From Vicinamibacterales bacterium (GTDB lineage: Bacteria > Acidobacteriota > Vicinamibacteria > Vicinamibacterales > UBA8438), in assembly GCA_965207675.1 (NCBI GenBank), contig CBDBMY010000011.1, positions 1,950,171 to 2,014,170 on the forward strand: DNA of 64,000 nt, written 5' to 3'. A model generated the notes under the pieces. It was not told the DNA's origin, searched no databases, and worked only from the letters and a program-made list of their open reading frames with translations. Shown here one piece after another: positions 1 through 10,208 of this stretch. Both the position numbers and the translations under genes were made by a program. Position 1 is the stretch's first letter. Every line of letters starts with the position of its first letter.

Positions 1-671
1 AGGAACAGCCCGAGAATCACGTTGTTGCGCCGCGCCGCCGCCTTGAGCGCGTCGGTGGCCTCCTTCAGCTCGGGCGAGGTGTACATGTGGGGGAACTCGT
101 ACTTCTCGTACAGCCCCATCGACATGCACAGGTCGTTCTGCCCCAGGAACAGGATGTCGACGCCGGGCACCGCCGCGATGTCGTCGATGTTCCTGATGCA
201 GTCCGCGGTCTCGACCTGCAGGGCGCAGATGATGTTGTCGTTGGCGGGGCCGGCGTAGCCGAGCAGCCCGGCCTTGTTCATGCTGCGCTGGGGGAAGTAC
301 ACCGAGCGCGTCCCCGCCGTCGGGTAGCGCGTGCAGCTCACCGCCTGGCGCGCCTCGTCGGCGTTGTTGATGTAGGGCACGAGCACACCGTCGGACCCCA
401 CGTCCAGCGCCTGCTGGATGCCCGCGCGGTCGCCGTAGCCGGTCACCCGCACCAGCGACTTCGCGCCGCCGCTGCCGATTGCCCCGACCATCGTGGACAG
501 GGTCTCGTAGCCCATCGGGCCGTGCTGCGAGTCGATCAGCAGCCAGTCGTAGCCGCTGTGGGCGAGCTGCTCGACCGCGGTTGGGCTGTGCGAATTGATG
601 AAGAGGCCCATCTTCGGCTGGTTGTTCCGCAGTGCGGCCTTGAACTCTGCACCGGTCAGGCTGTCGCTCAT
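1..671 (-). CDS. HpcH/HpaI aldolase family protein (3' end runs off window)
   Basis: Manual translation from ATG at 671: MSDSLTGAEFKAALRNNQPKMGLFINSHSPTAVEQLAHSGYDWLLIDSQHGP..., typical HpcH N-terminus with DxxH; GAGGAG RBS upstream. Confidence 0.85.
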   Translation of the reverse strand, partial: MSDSLTGAEFKAALRNNQPKMGLFINSHSPTAVEQLAHSGYDWLLIDSQHGPMGYETLSTMVGAIGSGGAKSLVRVTGYGDRAGIQQALDVGSDGVLVPYINNADEARQAVSCTRYPTAGTRSVYFPQRSMNKAGLLGYAGPANDNIICALQVETADCIRNIDDIAAVPGVDILFLGQNDLCMSMGLYEKYEFPHMYTSPELKEATDALKAAARRNNVILGLF

Positions 672-1043
672 TCAGTTCTTCTCCTCTGATCGTCGATCCG
701 TGCTGCGCGACGTGGAGGGCGCGTCCATCGTCCGGCCTCCATCGCAGACGGCAGGGAGTATACCCGGCGGCGGCGCCCCGCGGGACGAAAACAGCTCGGG
801 TCGGGCGCGAACGTCCCGAGCACGCCGTCGCCGTCGGGCGCCTCAGTGCGATCCCGGCTGGGGCTGAAGTTCCGGCTGTCGCCGTTCGCGCCGCCGCCGG
901 ATTCGACGGCGACGAGCCGGCGGGGACGACGAGATCAGCCGCCCCCCGGCGCCGCGCACGGGTCGGCCGAACCGTGGTCGGGGACGCGCGGTCGGCGTAC
1001 GACGCCGGGGGCTCTCCCGATCCCCGCAGCACCGCCGCCCCCG

Positions 1044-4000
1044 TCAATAGCGGAACAGGTACTGGATCTTGGTGAAGACGGCCCGGTTCGTCTGCAGGTA
1101 GCCGCGGTCGGTGATGTTGACCTGGTCGTCGTAGAACCGCTCGTGCTGCTGGTAGTGATCGTCGTACCCGACGTAGAACGCGGTCCCCGAGTTGACGCGG
1201 TAGGTGGCGAGGAAGTTGAGCGCGATCTTCCCGTCCCAGGTGTTGAACTCGGTGATGTTGCGCAGGGCGAGCCGGTCGGTGACCTGGTAGGTGTTCAGCG
1301 CCCGGAAGATGTTCACGTTGAAGATCTCGCCGTCCTCTCTCCGCTCGCCGTCGTTGACGCCGGCCGTGAAGAGGCCGAGCGGATCCGTGAATCGGCTGGT
1401 GGTGATGTTGACGTTGGTGGCGAACCGCGACACCGGACGGAAGTTGATGAACGTGCGGAAGCCGCTCTCGCGCCCGAGGAACGCATTCGCCCCGTCGAAG
1501 TAGACCTCGTCACCCCAGTCGAACCCGGTGCCGAACGAGAGCACGCGGCTCGTGTTGACGTTGCCGAACATCCGGTAGCGCCGCTTGTCGAAGTCCATGC
1601 CGTAGTAGCGCTCCATGTCCTGGTCGACGTCGAAGCTGTAGCGGATGTTCTTCGCGAAGTTGGCGCTGACCCCGGCCCGGAACTGCTCGTCCTCGAGCAC
1701 CTGGTCGAAATTGTAGTTGCGGCCGTAGCGGAGCTCGGGGCCCCAACTGATCACCCAGGACTGCGGCCACCACTCGTACTCGATGTCCGCCTGGGTCTCG
1801 CGCTGGTCGGTCCGGCGCACGAACCCCACGTCGGTCCGGAAGTCGGGCGACAGCGCGAACGAGTCGATGGAGTAGCTGAGGTTGCGGCCCCGCTTCCGGA
1901 ACCCGAAGTCCATCGCGTAGCCGCCGCACGCGGCGGGTCCCTCCGGGTCCGAAGCGGTGGCCGGGCAGGGGTTCACCTGGGGACCGCTCTGCGCCGCTCG
2001 CCGGTCGGTGCCGAAGGCCCGGAAACCCAGTTGATGGGTGGCGCCGATCCGGAAGTTGCTGTCCGCGCCGACGAGGCGGCTGTACCCATCGAGAAACTCC
2101 CGGTCGGTGACGATCGCTCCGATGAACGACTCGGAGTAGAGGTCGTAGCGGGCGCGGCCCACGAAGGTCTGCGCCGACTGGCCGAACGCGGGGTCCAGTC
2201 GGTCGTCCACGCCCAGGCTGGCCCCCTCGTCGCTGGCGAACAGCACCCCCAGCGTGGTCTTGCCGGCCTTGCCGGTCAGCTTCGCCCCGTACTGGGGATC
2301 GACGATGGTCCGGGTGTGCACGACGGTGACCGGCGCCTGGATCTGGAAGATCTCGGCCCCCTCGAGGAAGAACGGCCGCAGCTCGGGGTAGAAGAGGGCG
2401 AAGCGCTGATTCACCTCGACCTGCGGGCGGTCCGACTCGATCTGCGAGAAATCGGGGTTGAGGGTGAAGTCGGCGATGAGGTTGGGGGTCACCCCGTACT
2501 TGAAGTTGGCCCCGAAGTCGGGCTGCGCCTCCCCGTCGACGAGCTGTCCCGCCGTCTCGTCGAACGTGCCGTAGCGGAACGCGGTGAACGTCGGCTGCAC
2601 CTCCAGGTTCCGGCTCGTCGAGAGGCCCGTCATCCCGTCGAGGACCCCCATCTGGGGCAGGAATCCCGCCATGTCCCGCGACACCGGCGACCACACGATG
2701 GTCTCGTCCTTGCCCCGGATGCGGCGGACGATCTGGAACCCCCAAGTGTGGGGCGCGCCGCCGGGCCGGGCGGGGTACCGCAGGCTCTTGAACGGGATGG
2801 CCATCTCGGCCGTGTACCCGTCCCCGACGGGTTGGCCCCCGCTCGTGAACAGGGCGTCCCACGACCGGTCGCCCCGCGGGACCCCGCCGCGGCCCCCGCC
2901 GCCGAACCCGCCCCCGCCGCCTCCGCCGCCGCCGCCACGGCCCCGGCCGCCCACGATCGAATCGCCTTGCACGCCGAAACCGTTCACCGAGAACACGTAC
3001 GCACGTTGCTGGTCGAGAAAGGTGTCGAAGTAGACCGAGATCGTGTCGTCGCCGAAATCCGCCCGATCGCGGTCGACGCGATTCGCGCGCATGATGCCCG
3101 GGTTGTCGTACTTGGCATGAAACGCCAGGTACAGATTCGAGTCGTCGTACGCCAGGTAGACGTCGGTGTCCTCGGTCGCCGGCGCCCCGTCGAGCGGCTC
3201 GCGCTGGACGAACTCGGTGATGCGCGCCGCGTCGCTCCAGACCGCGTCGTCGAGCAGGCCGTCGACGGTCGGCGGGGTCGTGGTCCGCCGCGGCCGCACC
3301 GTCACCCGGCCGGTGAGCACACCGGCATCTCCGGCCGGCGGCGCCGTTCCGAAACCGACTGCCTCGGGCGCCGGGTTCGTGTCGTTCGCGCCGGACGCAT
3401 CCCGTGACCGCGCGGCGACGGACGAACCGCCGAAATCGCCGCCGGCCCGGGCTCCGACCACCCCGGCCGACGGGGTCGCGGGGTCCACGCCGAACGGAGC
3501 TCGTGAGCGCGCGGCGAGGGGCTGGCCGCCGGACTCGCCGCCGCTCCGGGCCCCGATCGTCCCGGCCTGGGCCGTGGCGTTCGCATCGAACGAACCCCGT
3601 GACCGCACGGCGGCGGCCCGACCCCCGGACTCACCGCCGCCACGGGCCCCGGACGGGTTCGGCATCCCCCGTCGCTCCGGCTCCCAGGCGATCGGCCTGC
3701 GAGCGTCCGGGGGCGATGCGGCCCCCGGCCCGACGAGGCGGGTCAGGCCGTCCGCGACCTCCGCCACGATTCGATCCTGCAGCAGGAAGAGGTCGTCGGC
3801 GTGACCGTCGACCCTGGCGAACTCGCGGGGGGCTCCGGTCTCGACGTCGGTGACCCGCGCGATGATCCGCACCTGGTCGTCCAGCCGCTGGAACCCGCCC
3901 CCGACGAGCCACGAGACCCCGGCGGCCCGCGCCCGATCCCGGGCCCACGCCTCGTCGCCGGCTGCGTTCGCCGCGGCGGCCCCGCCGAACAGCGATTGCC

Positions 4001-4268
4001 GGTCGACGACGGTCACGTAGCCGAGCCGCTCGACCCCGGAAACGACGGTCTCGGCAATCCCGGCTCCCAGCCAGTCGTCCTCGGGTCGACCCGAGACGTT
4101 CGTGAAGGGAACCACGGCGACCGCGCGCGCGGCAGACGCCGCCGAGCCCGTCACGTCGCCGAATGCGACCGGCTGGGCGTATCCGCTGCGTTCGGACGCG
4201 GCAAACGCCGCCGCGACCGAGATCAGGACCCCGACGGCACGGAGCGACAGCGACCTCTGTGAACGCAT
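1044..4268 (-). CDS. Exported CBM9-like/DUF5916 outer-membrane protein with N-terminal TolB-N/FlgO-like domain
   Basis: Signal peptide MRSQRSLSLRAVGVLISVAAAFAA; VAVVPFTNVSG..WLGAGIAE domain; PTVDGLLDDAVW / YTAEMAIPFKSLRY (CBM9-like); TLNPDFSQIESD..NQRFALFYPELRPFFLEG (DUF5916); C-terminal aromatic (YLFRY). Confidence 0.8.
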   Translation of the reverse strand: MRSQRSLSLRAVGVLISVAAAFAASERSGYAQPVAFGDVTGSAASAARAVAVVPFTNVSGRPEDDWLGAGIAETVVSGVERLGYVTVVDRQSLFGGAAAANAAGDEAWARDRARAAGVSWLVGGGFQRLDDQVRIIARVTDVETGAPREFARVDGHADDLFLLQDRIVAEVADGLTRLVGPGAASPPDARRPIAWEPERRGMPNPSGARGGGESGGRAAAVRSRGSFDANATAQAGTIGARSGGESGGQPLAARSRAPFGVDPATPSAGVVGARAGGDFGGSSVAARSRDASGANDTNPAPEAVGFGTAPPAGDAGVLTGRVTVRPRRTTTPPTVDGLLDDAVWSDAARITEFVQREPLDGAPATEDTDVYLAYDDSNLYLAFHAKYDNPGIMRANRVDRDRADFGDDTISVYFDTFLDQQRAYVFSVNGFGVQGDSIVGGRGRGGGGGGGGGGFGGGGRGGVPRGDRSWDALFTSGGQPVGDGYTAEMAIPFKSLRYPARPGGAPHTWGFQIVRRIRGKDETIVWSPVSRDMAGFLPQMGVLDGMTGLSTSRNLEVQPTFTAFRYGTFDETAGQLVDGEAQPDFGANFKYGVTPNLIADFTLNPDFSQIESDRPQVEVNQRFALFYPELRPFFLEGAEIFQIQAPVTVVHTRTIVDPQYGAKLTGKAGKTTLGVLFASDEGASLGVDDRLDPAFGQSAQTFVGRARYDLYSESFIGAIVTDREFLDGYSRLVGADSNFRIGATHQLGFRAFGTDRRAAQSGPQVNPCPATASDPEGPAACGGYAMDFGFRKRGRNLSYSIDSFALSPDFRTDVGFVRRTDQRETQADIEYEWWPQSWVISWGPELRYGRNYNFDQVLEDEQFRAGVSANFAKNIRYSFDVDQDMERYYGMDFDKRRYRMFGNVNTSRVLSFGTGFDWGDEVYFDGANAFLGRESGFRTFINFRPVSRFATNVNITTSRFTDPLGLFTAGVNDGERREDGEIFNVNIFRALNTYQVTDRLALRNITEFNTWDGKIALNFLATYRVNSGTAFYVGYDDHYQQHERFYDDQVNITDRGYLQTNRAVFTKIQYLFRY
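3360..3650 (-). repeat. Three degenerate in-frame tandem repeats (96-99 bp; GARxGG(E/D)xGG...RSR) in the linker of the DUF5916 protein
   Basis: Units begin at 3650, 3554 and 3455 on the minus strand: GARGGGESGG.., GARSGGESGG.., GARAGGDFGG.. Confidence 0.8.
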
Positions 4269-4772
4269 CGTCCCACTCCACACGACTGGTCCCGTAACCG
4301 GGCATGCCGGCTCGGAATCGTCACCGCTCTTCCCCTTGCTTCCTATAGACGCCTCGAATGGCCCGGATCTTCCACGGTCGAGTCGCTTTTTTCGGCCTTC
4401 TTCGTTTCTCGACCATCGTCCCCGGAGGTCGACTGGAGCGGCCCGGGGCGTATCGAGTCGGGGTCGCGTGAACGCGGTCGCCGTCCAAAGGCGGGCCGTG
4501 GCCCTATCGGGTCCCGGTGCGGCCACGGAGGTCCAGTCAAGCGCGTTCCGCGGGGCGCCCGAGCTGTCCGGCCGCAAGAACGGCCGGTCGCGCGCGTCGT
4601 CGTCGTCGAGACGGGAGCGGCCCGCGAGGTCGCCAAGATCGACGGCCGCACCGACGAGTCGTTCGCGCCGCAGGATCGCATCGTGACCCAGGCGGCGCAG
4701 GACTTGGCCGGTCTGATGCTTGCCGAGGGCCGCGTTCCCCAGGATCCGCGCCTCGAGAACCCGGGAACTTCG

Positions 4773-6751
4773 TCAATCCCCGGCGGCGGCCGCCATCCCG
4801 TCCAGCAACTCCCGGACGTCCACCCGCCACAGGTTCGCGGCCGCTTCCGTCAGGCTGTACACGAGACCCGCGCCGTCCGGGAGCCAGTCGAAGCCGCCGA
4901 CGTCGCCCTCACGCGTCAATCGGGTCGCCGGCCCGCCGGCGGCGGGCGCCACGTGGAGCTCGCGGTCGGGCGCCTCGCCCGACACGAACGCCACGCGGGT
5001 CCCGTCCGGCGACCAGCGCGGCTGCGTCTCGTCCCCGGCCGCGGTGGTCAGCCGCGTGCCCGCTCCGCCGCGGACGGGGACGACGCGAACGTCGAACCCC
5101 GCCCCGTCGTGCGCCTGGTAGACGATGCGAGTGCCATCCGGCGAGAAGTCCATGCGGGCGCTGTAACCGCCTCGGGTGAGCTGCTCGGCCGGCCCGCCGG
5201 CCGCGGGCACCCGCCACACCTGCTCCTGGCCGTCCGCCCCCGGAGAGCGGAACAGCAGCGACCCGCCGTCTGGGTGCCACCGCGGACCCGGCGCCGCCCC
5301 CTGCGTCGTGAGGCGCCGCGGGTCGACGCCGTCGGGCGCGACCAGCCAGATGTCCGACCGCCCCCCGGCCCGGTTGGAGGAGAAGGCCAGGGTCGCGCCG
5401 TCCGGCGACCACGCCGGATCGACGTCGCGGCCGGGATGCGCGGTCACCCGGGTCGCCTCTCCGCCTTCCGCCGGCACGATCCAGATGTCGCTGTTGCCGC
5501 TCCGCCCCGACTCGAACGCGATGAACGCGCCGTCGGGCGACCACCGCGGGGCCGCGGCGCCGCCGGGGCTCGCGGCGAGCCGCCGGGGCGCGCCCCCGTC
5601 GATTGCCGCGACGCGCAGGTCGAGGGCTCCCGCACGACCCGCGAGATACGCGACCTCGGTCCCGTCCGGCGACACGTCCGGTTCCAGGGCGACATCCACG
5701 CCGGACGTGAGGGCGGTCGCCGTCCCCCCCTCGACCGGCACCGTCCACAGCCACGTCCGGCGCGAGGCGACGCTGAACACCAGGGCCGACCCGTCCGGGG
5801 ACCAGCGCGGAAACCCCTCCTCCGCCGGGTCGGCGGTCACCCGGCGCGCCGGGCCCCCGTCCGCGCGCGCGATCCAGACGTCGGCCCGGTCGTCGCGTAT
5901 CGACCGGAACGCCAGCCAGCGGCCGTCGGGCGACCACCGGGGCCGCTGGTCGTTCCCGAATCCTTCCGTCAGCGCGACGTCCCGCCCCCCGTCGCGCGAC
6001 GTCACCCAGACGTCGGGAGTGCCGTTGCGGTTCGAGACGAAGACGAGCCGCTCGCCGTCGGGCGACCATTCGACCTGACCCTGCGCACCCGGGGCCGTCG
6101 TCAGCCGCCGGCCCTCGCCCCCCGCCGCCGGCGCCACCCTCACATGGCGGGCGCCACCTTCGGTCGACACGAACGCGATCTCCCGGCCGTCGGGTGACCA
6201 CCGAGCCCAGTCGGCCGCGCTTCCGCTCGTCGTCAACCTGACCGGCGCGCCGTCACCGCCCGCCGGCGCCGTCCAGAGATCGATCCGCCCTTCGAAGTTG
6301 CTCGAATAGAGAACGGCGGCCCCGTCGGGAGACCACTGCGGATCGCGCACGCGGCCGGGCCGGATGTCATCCGCGCCGGTTCGCCGCCGGCCGCCGGCAC
6401 GATCCAGAGGTCGGCGGGCCCCTCCCGGCCGGAGACGTAGGCGAGGCGGGAGCCGTCGGGCGACCAGGCGGGAGCCGTCAGGAAGTCGTGCCCACCGGTC
6501 AGCAGCGTCGCACCGCCGCCGGCGAGGGGCGCCGTCCACAGCCCGAGCGCCCCGCCCCGGTCGGACACGAACGCGACGCGGGAGCCGTCGGGCGCCACGA
6601 CCACGTCGCGGTCGACGGCGGCGCCGGCGGTGACGGGGGCGCGCGGCAACTCGACCGCTTCGAGGTCCTCGCCGTCGAGCGGCGGAACCGGCGCCCCGGC
6701 ACAAGCCGAGATCGTCAGCACCAGCGCGACGAGCCGGGACAGGCGTTCCAT
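4773..6751 (-). CDS. TolB-like PD40/WD40 beta-propeller lipoprotein, with a single-base frameshift near 6357
   Basis: Lipobox-like MERLSRLVALVLTISAC; many (P)xWSPDG repeats continue across ORFs 6233..6832 and 4773..6704; adding one base restores MTSGPGRVRDPQWSPDG. Confidence 0.8.
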
Positions 6752-6979
6752 GGAAGGCCGGCCGGATGCCGGGAGCGCGGCCCCGCCCCTCGAAGCCGGC
6801 GCCGCGGGCGCCCGCCGGTGTCGCTCGGGCATGGTCCCCCGCCTGCTCCCCGACTCACGGGTCGGGCGGCGGGACGCATCCTGTCCCGCGCGCCGCCATC
6901 CGCCGCGTCACGGTCGCGAATCACGCGCCCTGCGGACGCCCCCCGGGCCGCAGGGCGGGTCGTCCTGAGCGCTCCGGCG

Positions 6980-8011
6980 CTATGCCAGCAGCTCGAGCAG
7001 TGCCTCCGACACGGTGTCGGGGCGCTGCACCGGGAGGTCGTGCCCCGCCCCCTCGACGATGCGCCGCGCGACGAGGTTGGTGAACCGGCTCCGGTCGCCG
7101 GACGGGTCGGGCGACGGCCGGCCGAAGCCGCTCGCGTCGCCCCGCAGGACGATGGCCGGCACGGTGATCGGCGGTCGCTCCGCGAGCTGCCGCTCGACCT
7201 CGAGGAAGCGCTCCTCGCCGGGGGCGTTGAGGTGCCGGTGCCGGTACGAGTGGATGACGATGTCGACGAAGTCGGGGTTGTCGAACGAGGGGGCGGAACG
7301 CTCGTACGCCTCGTCCGTGTAGTCCCACCCCGGCGACCACGTCTCCCACAGGTAGCGGACGATGTCGTGGCGGTTCGCCTCCAGCCCGCGCACGCCGCGC
7401 TCGGTGTTGAAGTACCACTGGTACCAGAGCCGCGCCTCGCCCGCGGCCGAGCCCGGCCGGCCGGGGTTGACGGTGTCCTGCACCGAGTAGCCGTTCACCG
7501 CCACCTGGGCCCGCACCCGCTCGGGGTGCAGGATGGAGGTGATGCAGGCGGCCCGGTTGCCCCAGTCGAAGCCGGCCAGCGCCATCCGCTCCAGCCCCAG
7601 GGCGTCGGCGAAGTCCACCACGTCCTGGGCGATCGCGGCCTGCTCGGCCATCCGCGGCGCCTCGGGGTCGAGGAACCGCGTCGTGCCGTACCCGCGCAGG
7701 TAGGGCACGAGCACGCGGTAGCCCGCCTCGGCCAGAGGCGGCGCGACCCCGTCCCACGAGCGGATGTCGTAGGGAAAGCCGTGCAGCAGGACGATGGGGA
7801 ACCCTTCGCCGGGTCCGTGCTCCTCGTAGCCGATCTCGAGCACCGGCGTGCGCACCGTGCGCACGGCCGGGCCGGCCGGCTGGGCGGCGCGCGACGAGCC
7901 GGCTCCGCTGGCCGCGACGGCGCTGCCACCGGGCGCAGCCGAAACACTCGCCGCCACCACGCCGGCCGCCCCGGCCTGCTTGAGGAAGTCTCGTCGCGTC
8001 TGGCTCATCAT
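6980..8011 (-). CDS. TAT-exported alpha/beta hydrolase (epoxide hydrolase/dehalogenase-like)
   Basis: TRRDFLK TAT motif; HGFP, YLRGYG, GFDWG nucleophile elbow, GAGH; GGAGGAG RBS. Confidence 0.85.
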   Translation of the reverse strand: MMSQTRRDFLKQAGAAGVVAASVSAAPGGSAVAASGAGSSRAAQPAGPAVRTVRTPVLEIGYEEHGPGEGFPIVLLHGFPYDIRSWDGVAPPLAEAGYRVLVPYLRGYGTTRFLDPEAPRMAEQAAIAQDVVDFADALGLERMALAGFDWGNRAACITSILHPERVRAQVAVNGYSVQDTVNPGRPGSAAGEARLWYQWYFNTERGVRGLEANRHDIVRYLWETWSPGWDYTDEAYERSAPSFDNPDFVDIVIHSYRHRHLNAPGEERFLEVERQLAERPPITVPAIVLRGDASGFGRPSPDPSGDRSRFTNLVARRIVEGAGHDLPVQRPDTVSEALLELLA

Positions 8012-8262
8012 GCTCCTCCCGCCGCGGCGATGCCGCGACACTCTTCGCCGCGTCGGTCGATCCGCCGAGCGGACGCCCCGGCAGGGCACCTCGGACGCCG
8101 ACCCTTGCCATGCAGACGCCGCCATTGCAGCGCATCGGTGGATTCCCGATTCCGGGTCCTCTGAAATCGGCGCTGAGGAACAAGCTCCGGCAAACCGGCG
8201 CAAACCAACGGCGACCGCTGGCGCTCGACGCCGGCGCAGACCCGACGCCCCGATTCCCCCCA

Positions 8263-9906
8263 TCACCCCGGCCGCGGCAGCTCCGTCGTGTAGAACGGCT
8301 CCAGGCGGTCTATCGCCTCCACCGGCTGGCGGTCGACGTCCCACCGGAACTGCCGCAGCGCGATGCGGTCGGGGAGGAAGTCGCACAGCGTGAAGCCGTG
8401 GTCCTCGATGGGGGCCACCGACTCCTCGACGTCGAGGTGGTCGGGGGGCGAGGCCCCGATGCCGCGCACCACCGACGGGAAGCCCCGTACCGAGGTACCC
8501 ACGGGGCCGCTCAGCACCGCGGTGATCGGGCGCGCCGCGAGGTCGACTCCCCCGGCGCGGTGGATGCGGCCCACGCCGATGGCGTGCAGGTCGCCGCTGA
8601 TGACGAGAGGCGCGCGCTCCGTCTGGGCGCCGATGGCCCGGGCCAGCCGGTCGTGCTGCCGCAGCCAGCCCTCCTGCCAGTAGGGCTTCTCGATCGCGGT
8701 GGTCAGCACCCCCTGCTCGCGGTCGAGGATGTCGGGATACCACTCGCCCCACTTGCCGGCGCTCCACCCGAACGGGTTCGACGGCGCGTGGACGAGGTGG
8801 CGGGCCTCGTTCGACGCGGTGCGGTCGAGGAGCCACCGCTCGACCTGGGCGTCGACGAAGACCGCGTTGCGACCCGCGAGGCTCAGGGTCCGGCGCACGT
8901 CGTACAGCAGCACCTCGGCGAGGTCGCCGTAGCGCACCGTGCCGAAGCTCTCCGAGAGGTCGCCCCGGTCGCCGGCCGACGACCACGGCAGCCCCGCCGG
9001 ACGCCCGCCGTCGGGCAGGAACTCGGGGTAGTAGAGATGCTGCGTCGCCCGCGCGAGCTGGAGCTGGAACCACGGGATGGGGAAGCTCGCGATGTCGTCG
9101 GTGACCGCGTCGTTCTCCCAGTGGTCGTGGTCGTCCTGCAGGAAGAACACCGGCGTCGAGCGGAAGTCGGCGCCGTAGACGGGGACGATCTGCGGCCCCG
9201 CCGCCGCCTTCATCGCCGCCTCGTTGCTGGCCCCGAAGACGGTGGCCGAGAAGTCGAAGTTCGACGTGCGGCCGCTCGGGCTGAGCTGCCCCGCGTTCTC
9301 GCCCTGCCAAGTGTGCAGATCCCAGTAGATGTGGTCGCCGTTGGCGACCGCGGCGTCCGGCTCGAACGACAGGGCCCGCCGCAGCAGCCGGTTGCGGATG
9401 GCCGTGGGGAGGAACCCACTCCGTTGCCCGATCCCCTCGTACGATCCGCCCGGCCCGCCCGCACACGTATGGAACAGCATGCGGAAGCGCTCGGGGCTCG
9501 CGTCCGGGGCCGGGAACGTCGACAGCGGCCACGGCTCGCAGAGCGCCGCCCCGTCAGGCCCGTGCAGCGACAGCGTGTGGCGGCGCCCCGGCTCGAGGCC
9601 GGTGGCGTGGAACAGCCAGTACTCCCCGGCGGTGTCCGTCATGCGCCCGACGACGTCGATGGCCCCGACGCGGAGCACCGGCGTGCCCGGCAACGGTGCG
9701 TCGAACGACGCCTTCAGCAGGATGCGCGTGTCGCTGACGCCCGGAAGCAGGTGCCGCACCCGCCCCGGATCCCAACCCTGCGGCGCCGGCGGCGCCCCCT
9801 GCTCGACCATCGCCCCCAGCGGCAGCCGGCCGAAGACGGCCGCCCCCATGGCCCCCGCGCTGCCGGCCAGGAACTGCCGGCGATCGACCGTTCTCCGCCT
9901 GCTCAT
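8263..9906 (-). CDS. TAT-exported PhoD-like metallophosphoesterase
   Basis: DRRQFL TAT motif; NGDHIYWD, QDDHD, ISGDLH metal-binding motifs. Confidence 0.75.
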   Translation of the reverse strand: MSRRRTVDRRQFLAGSAGAMGAAVFGRLPLGAMVEQGAPPAPQGWDPGRVRHLLPGVSDTRILLKASFDAPLPGTPVLRVGAIDVVGRMTDTAGEYWLFHATGLEPGRRHTLSLHGPDGAALCEPWPLSTFPAPDASPERFRMLFHTCAGGPGGSYEGIGQRSGFLPTAIRNRLLRRALSFEPDAAVANGDHIYWDLHTWQGENAGQLSPSGRTSNFDFSATVFGASNEAAMKAAAGPQIVPVYGADFRSTPVFFLQDDHDHWENDAVTDDIASFPIPWFQLQLARATQHLYYPEFLPDGGRPAGLPWSSAGDRGDLSESFGTVRYGDLAEVLLYDVRRTLSLAGRNAVFVDAQVERWLLDRTASNEARHLVHAPSNPFGWSAGKWGEWYPDILDREQGVLTTAIEKPYWQEGWLRQHDRLARAIGAQTERAPLVISGDLHAIGVGRIHRAGGVDLAARPITAVLSGPVGTSVRGFPSVVRGIGASPPDHLDVEESVAPIEDHGFTLCDFLPDRIALRQFRWDVDRQPVEAIDRLEPFYTTELPRPG

Positions 9907-10008
9907 GCTCTGTCGCCCTCCGTCGTTCACTCTGCCACAACACCGGCTTCGGCGCCAACGGAGAATCCGCCGGGCGGAATCCGCCCGCCCGAGTCACCGC
10001 CCGACCCG

Positions 10009-10092
10009 GTGCATGCACTCGGCCCGTGTGAGTTGGCGAGCCCCGGGGGGACGGCGGCGGGCGCGTGTCACTGTCCGGCCCGGTGCATGCAC
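10009..10092. promoter_or_regulatory. Pair of 10-bp palindromes GTGCATGCAC (10009-10018, 10083-10092) in similar flanks; candidate operators
   Basis: CCGGTGCATGCAC(T/AT)CGGCCC occurs twice, 74 bp apart, upstream of the TAT gene pair. Confidence 0.4.
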
Positions 10093-10208
10093 ATCGGCCC
10101 CGGGGGCGGAACCACACCCGCGTCCTGCCCTGGGGAGAATAGGCCTGACGACAGCTTTCGCCACCGGGGCACAGCGCATGGATCAGGCGATAGACAGCGG
10201 AAACGGAG

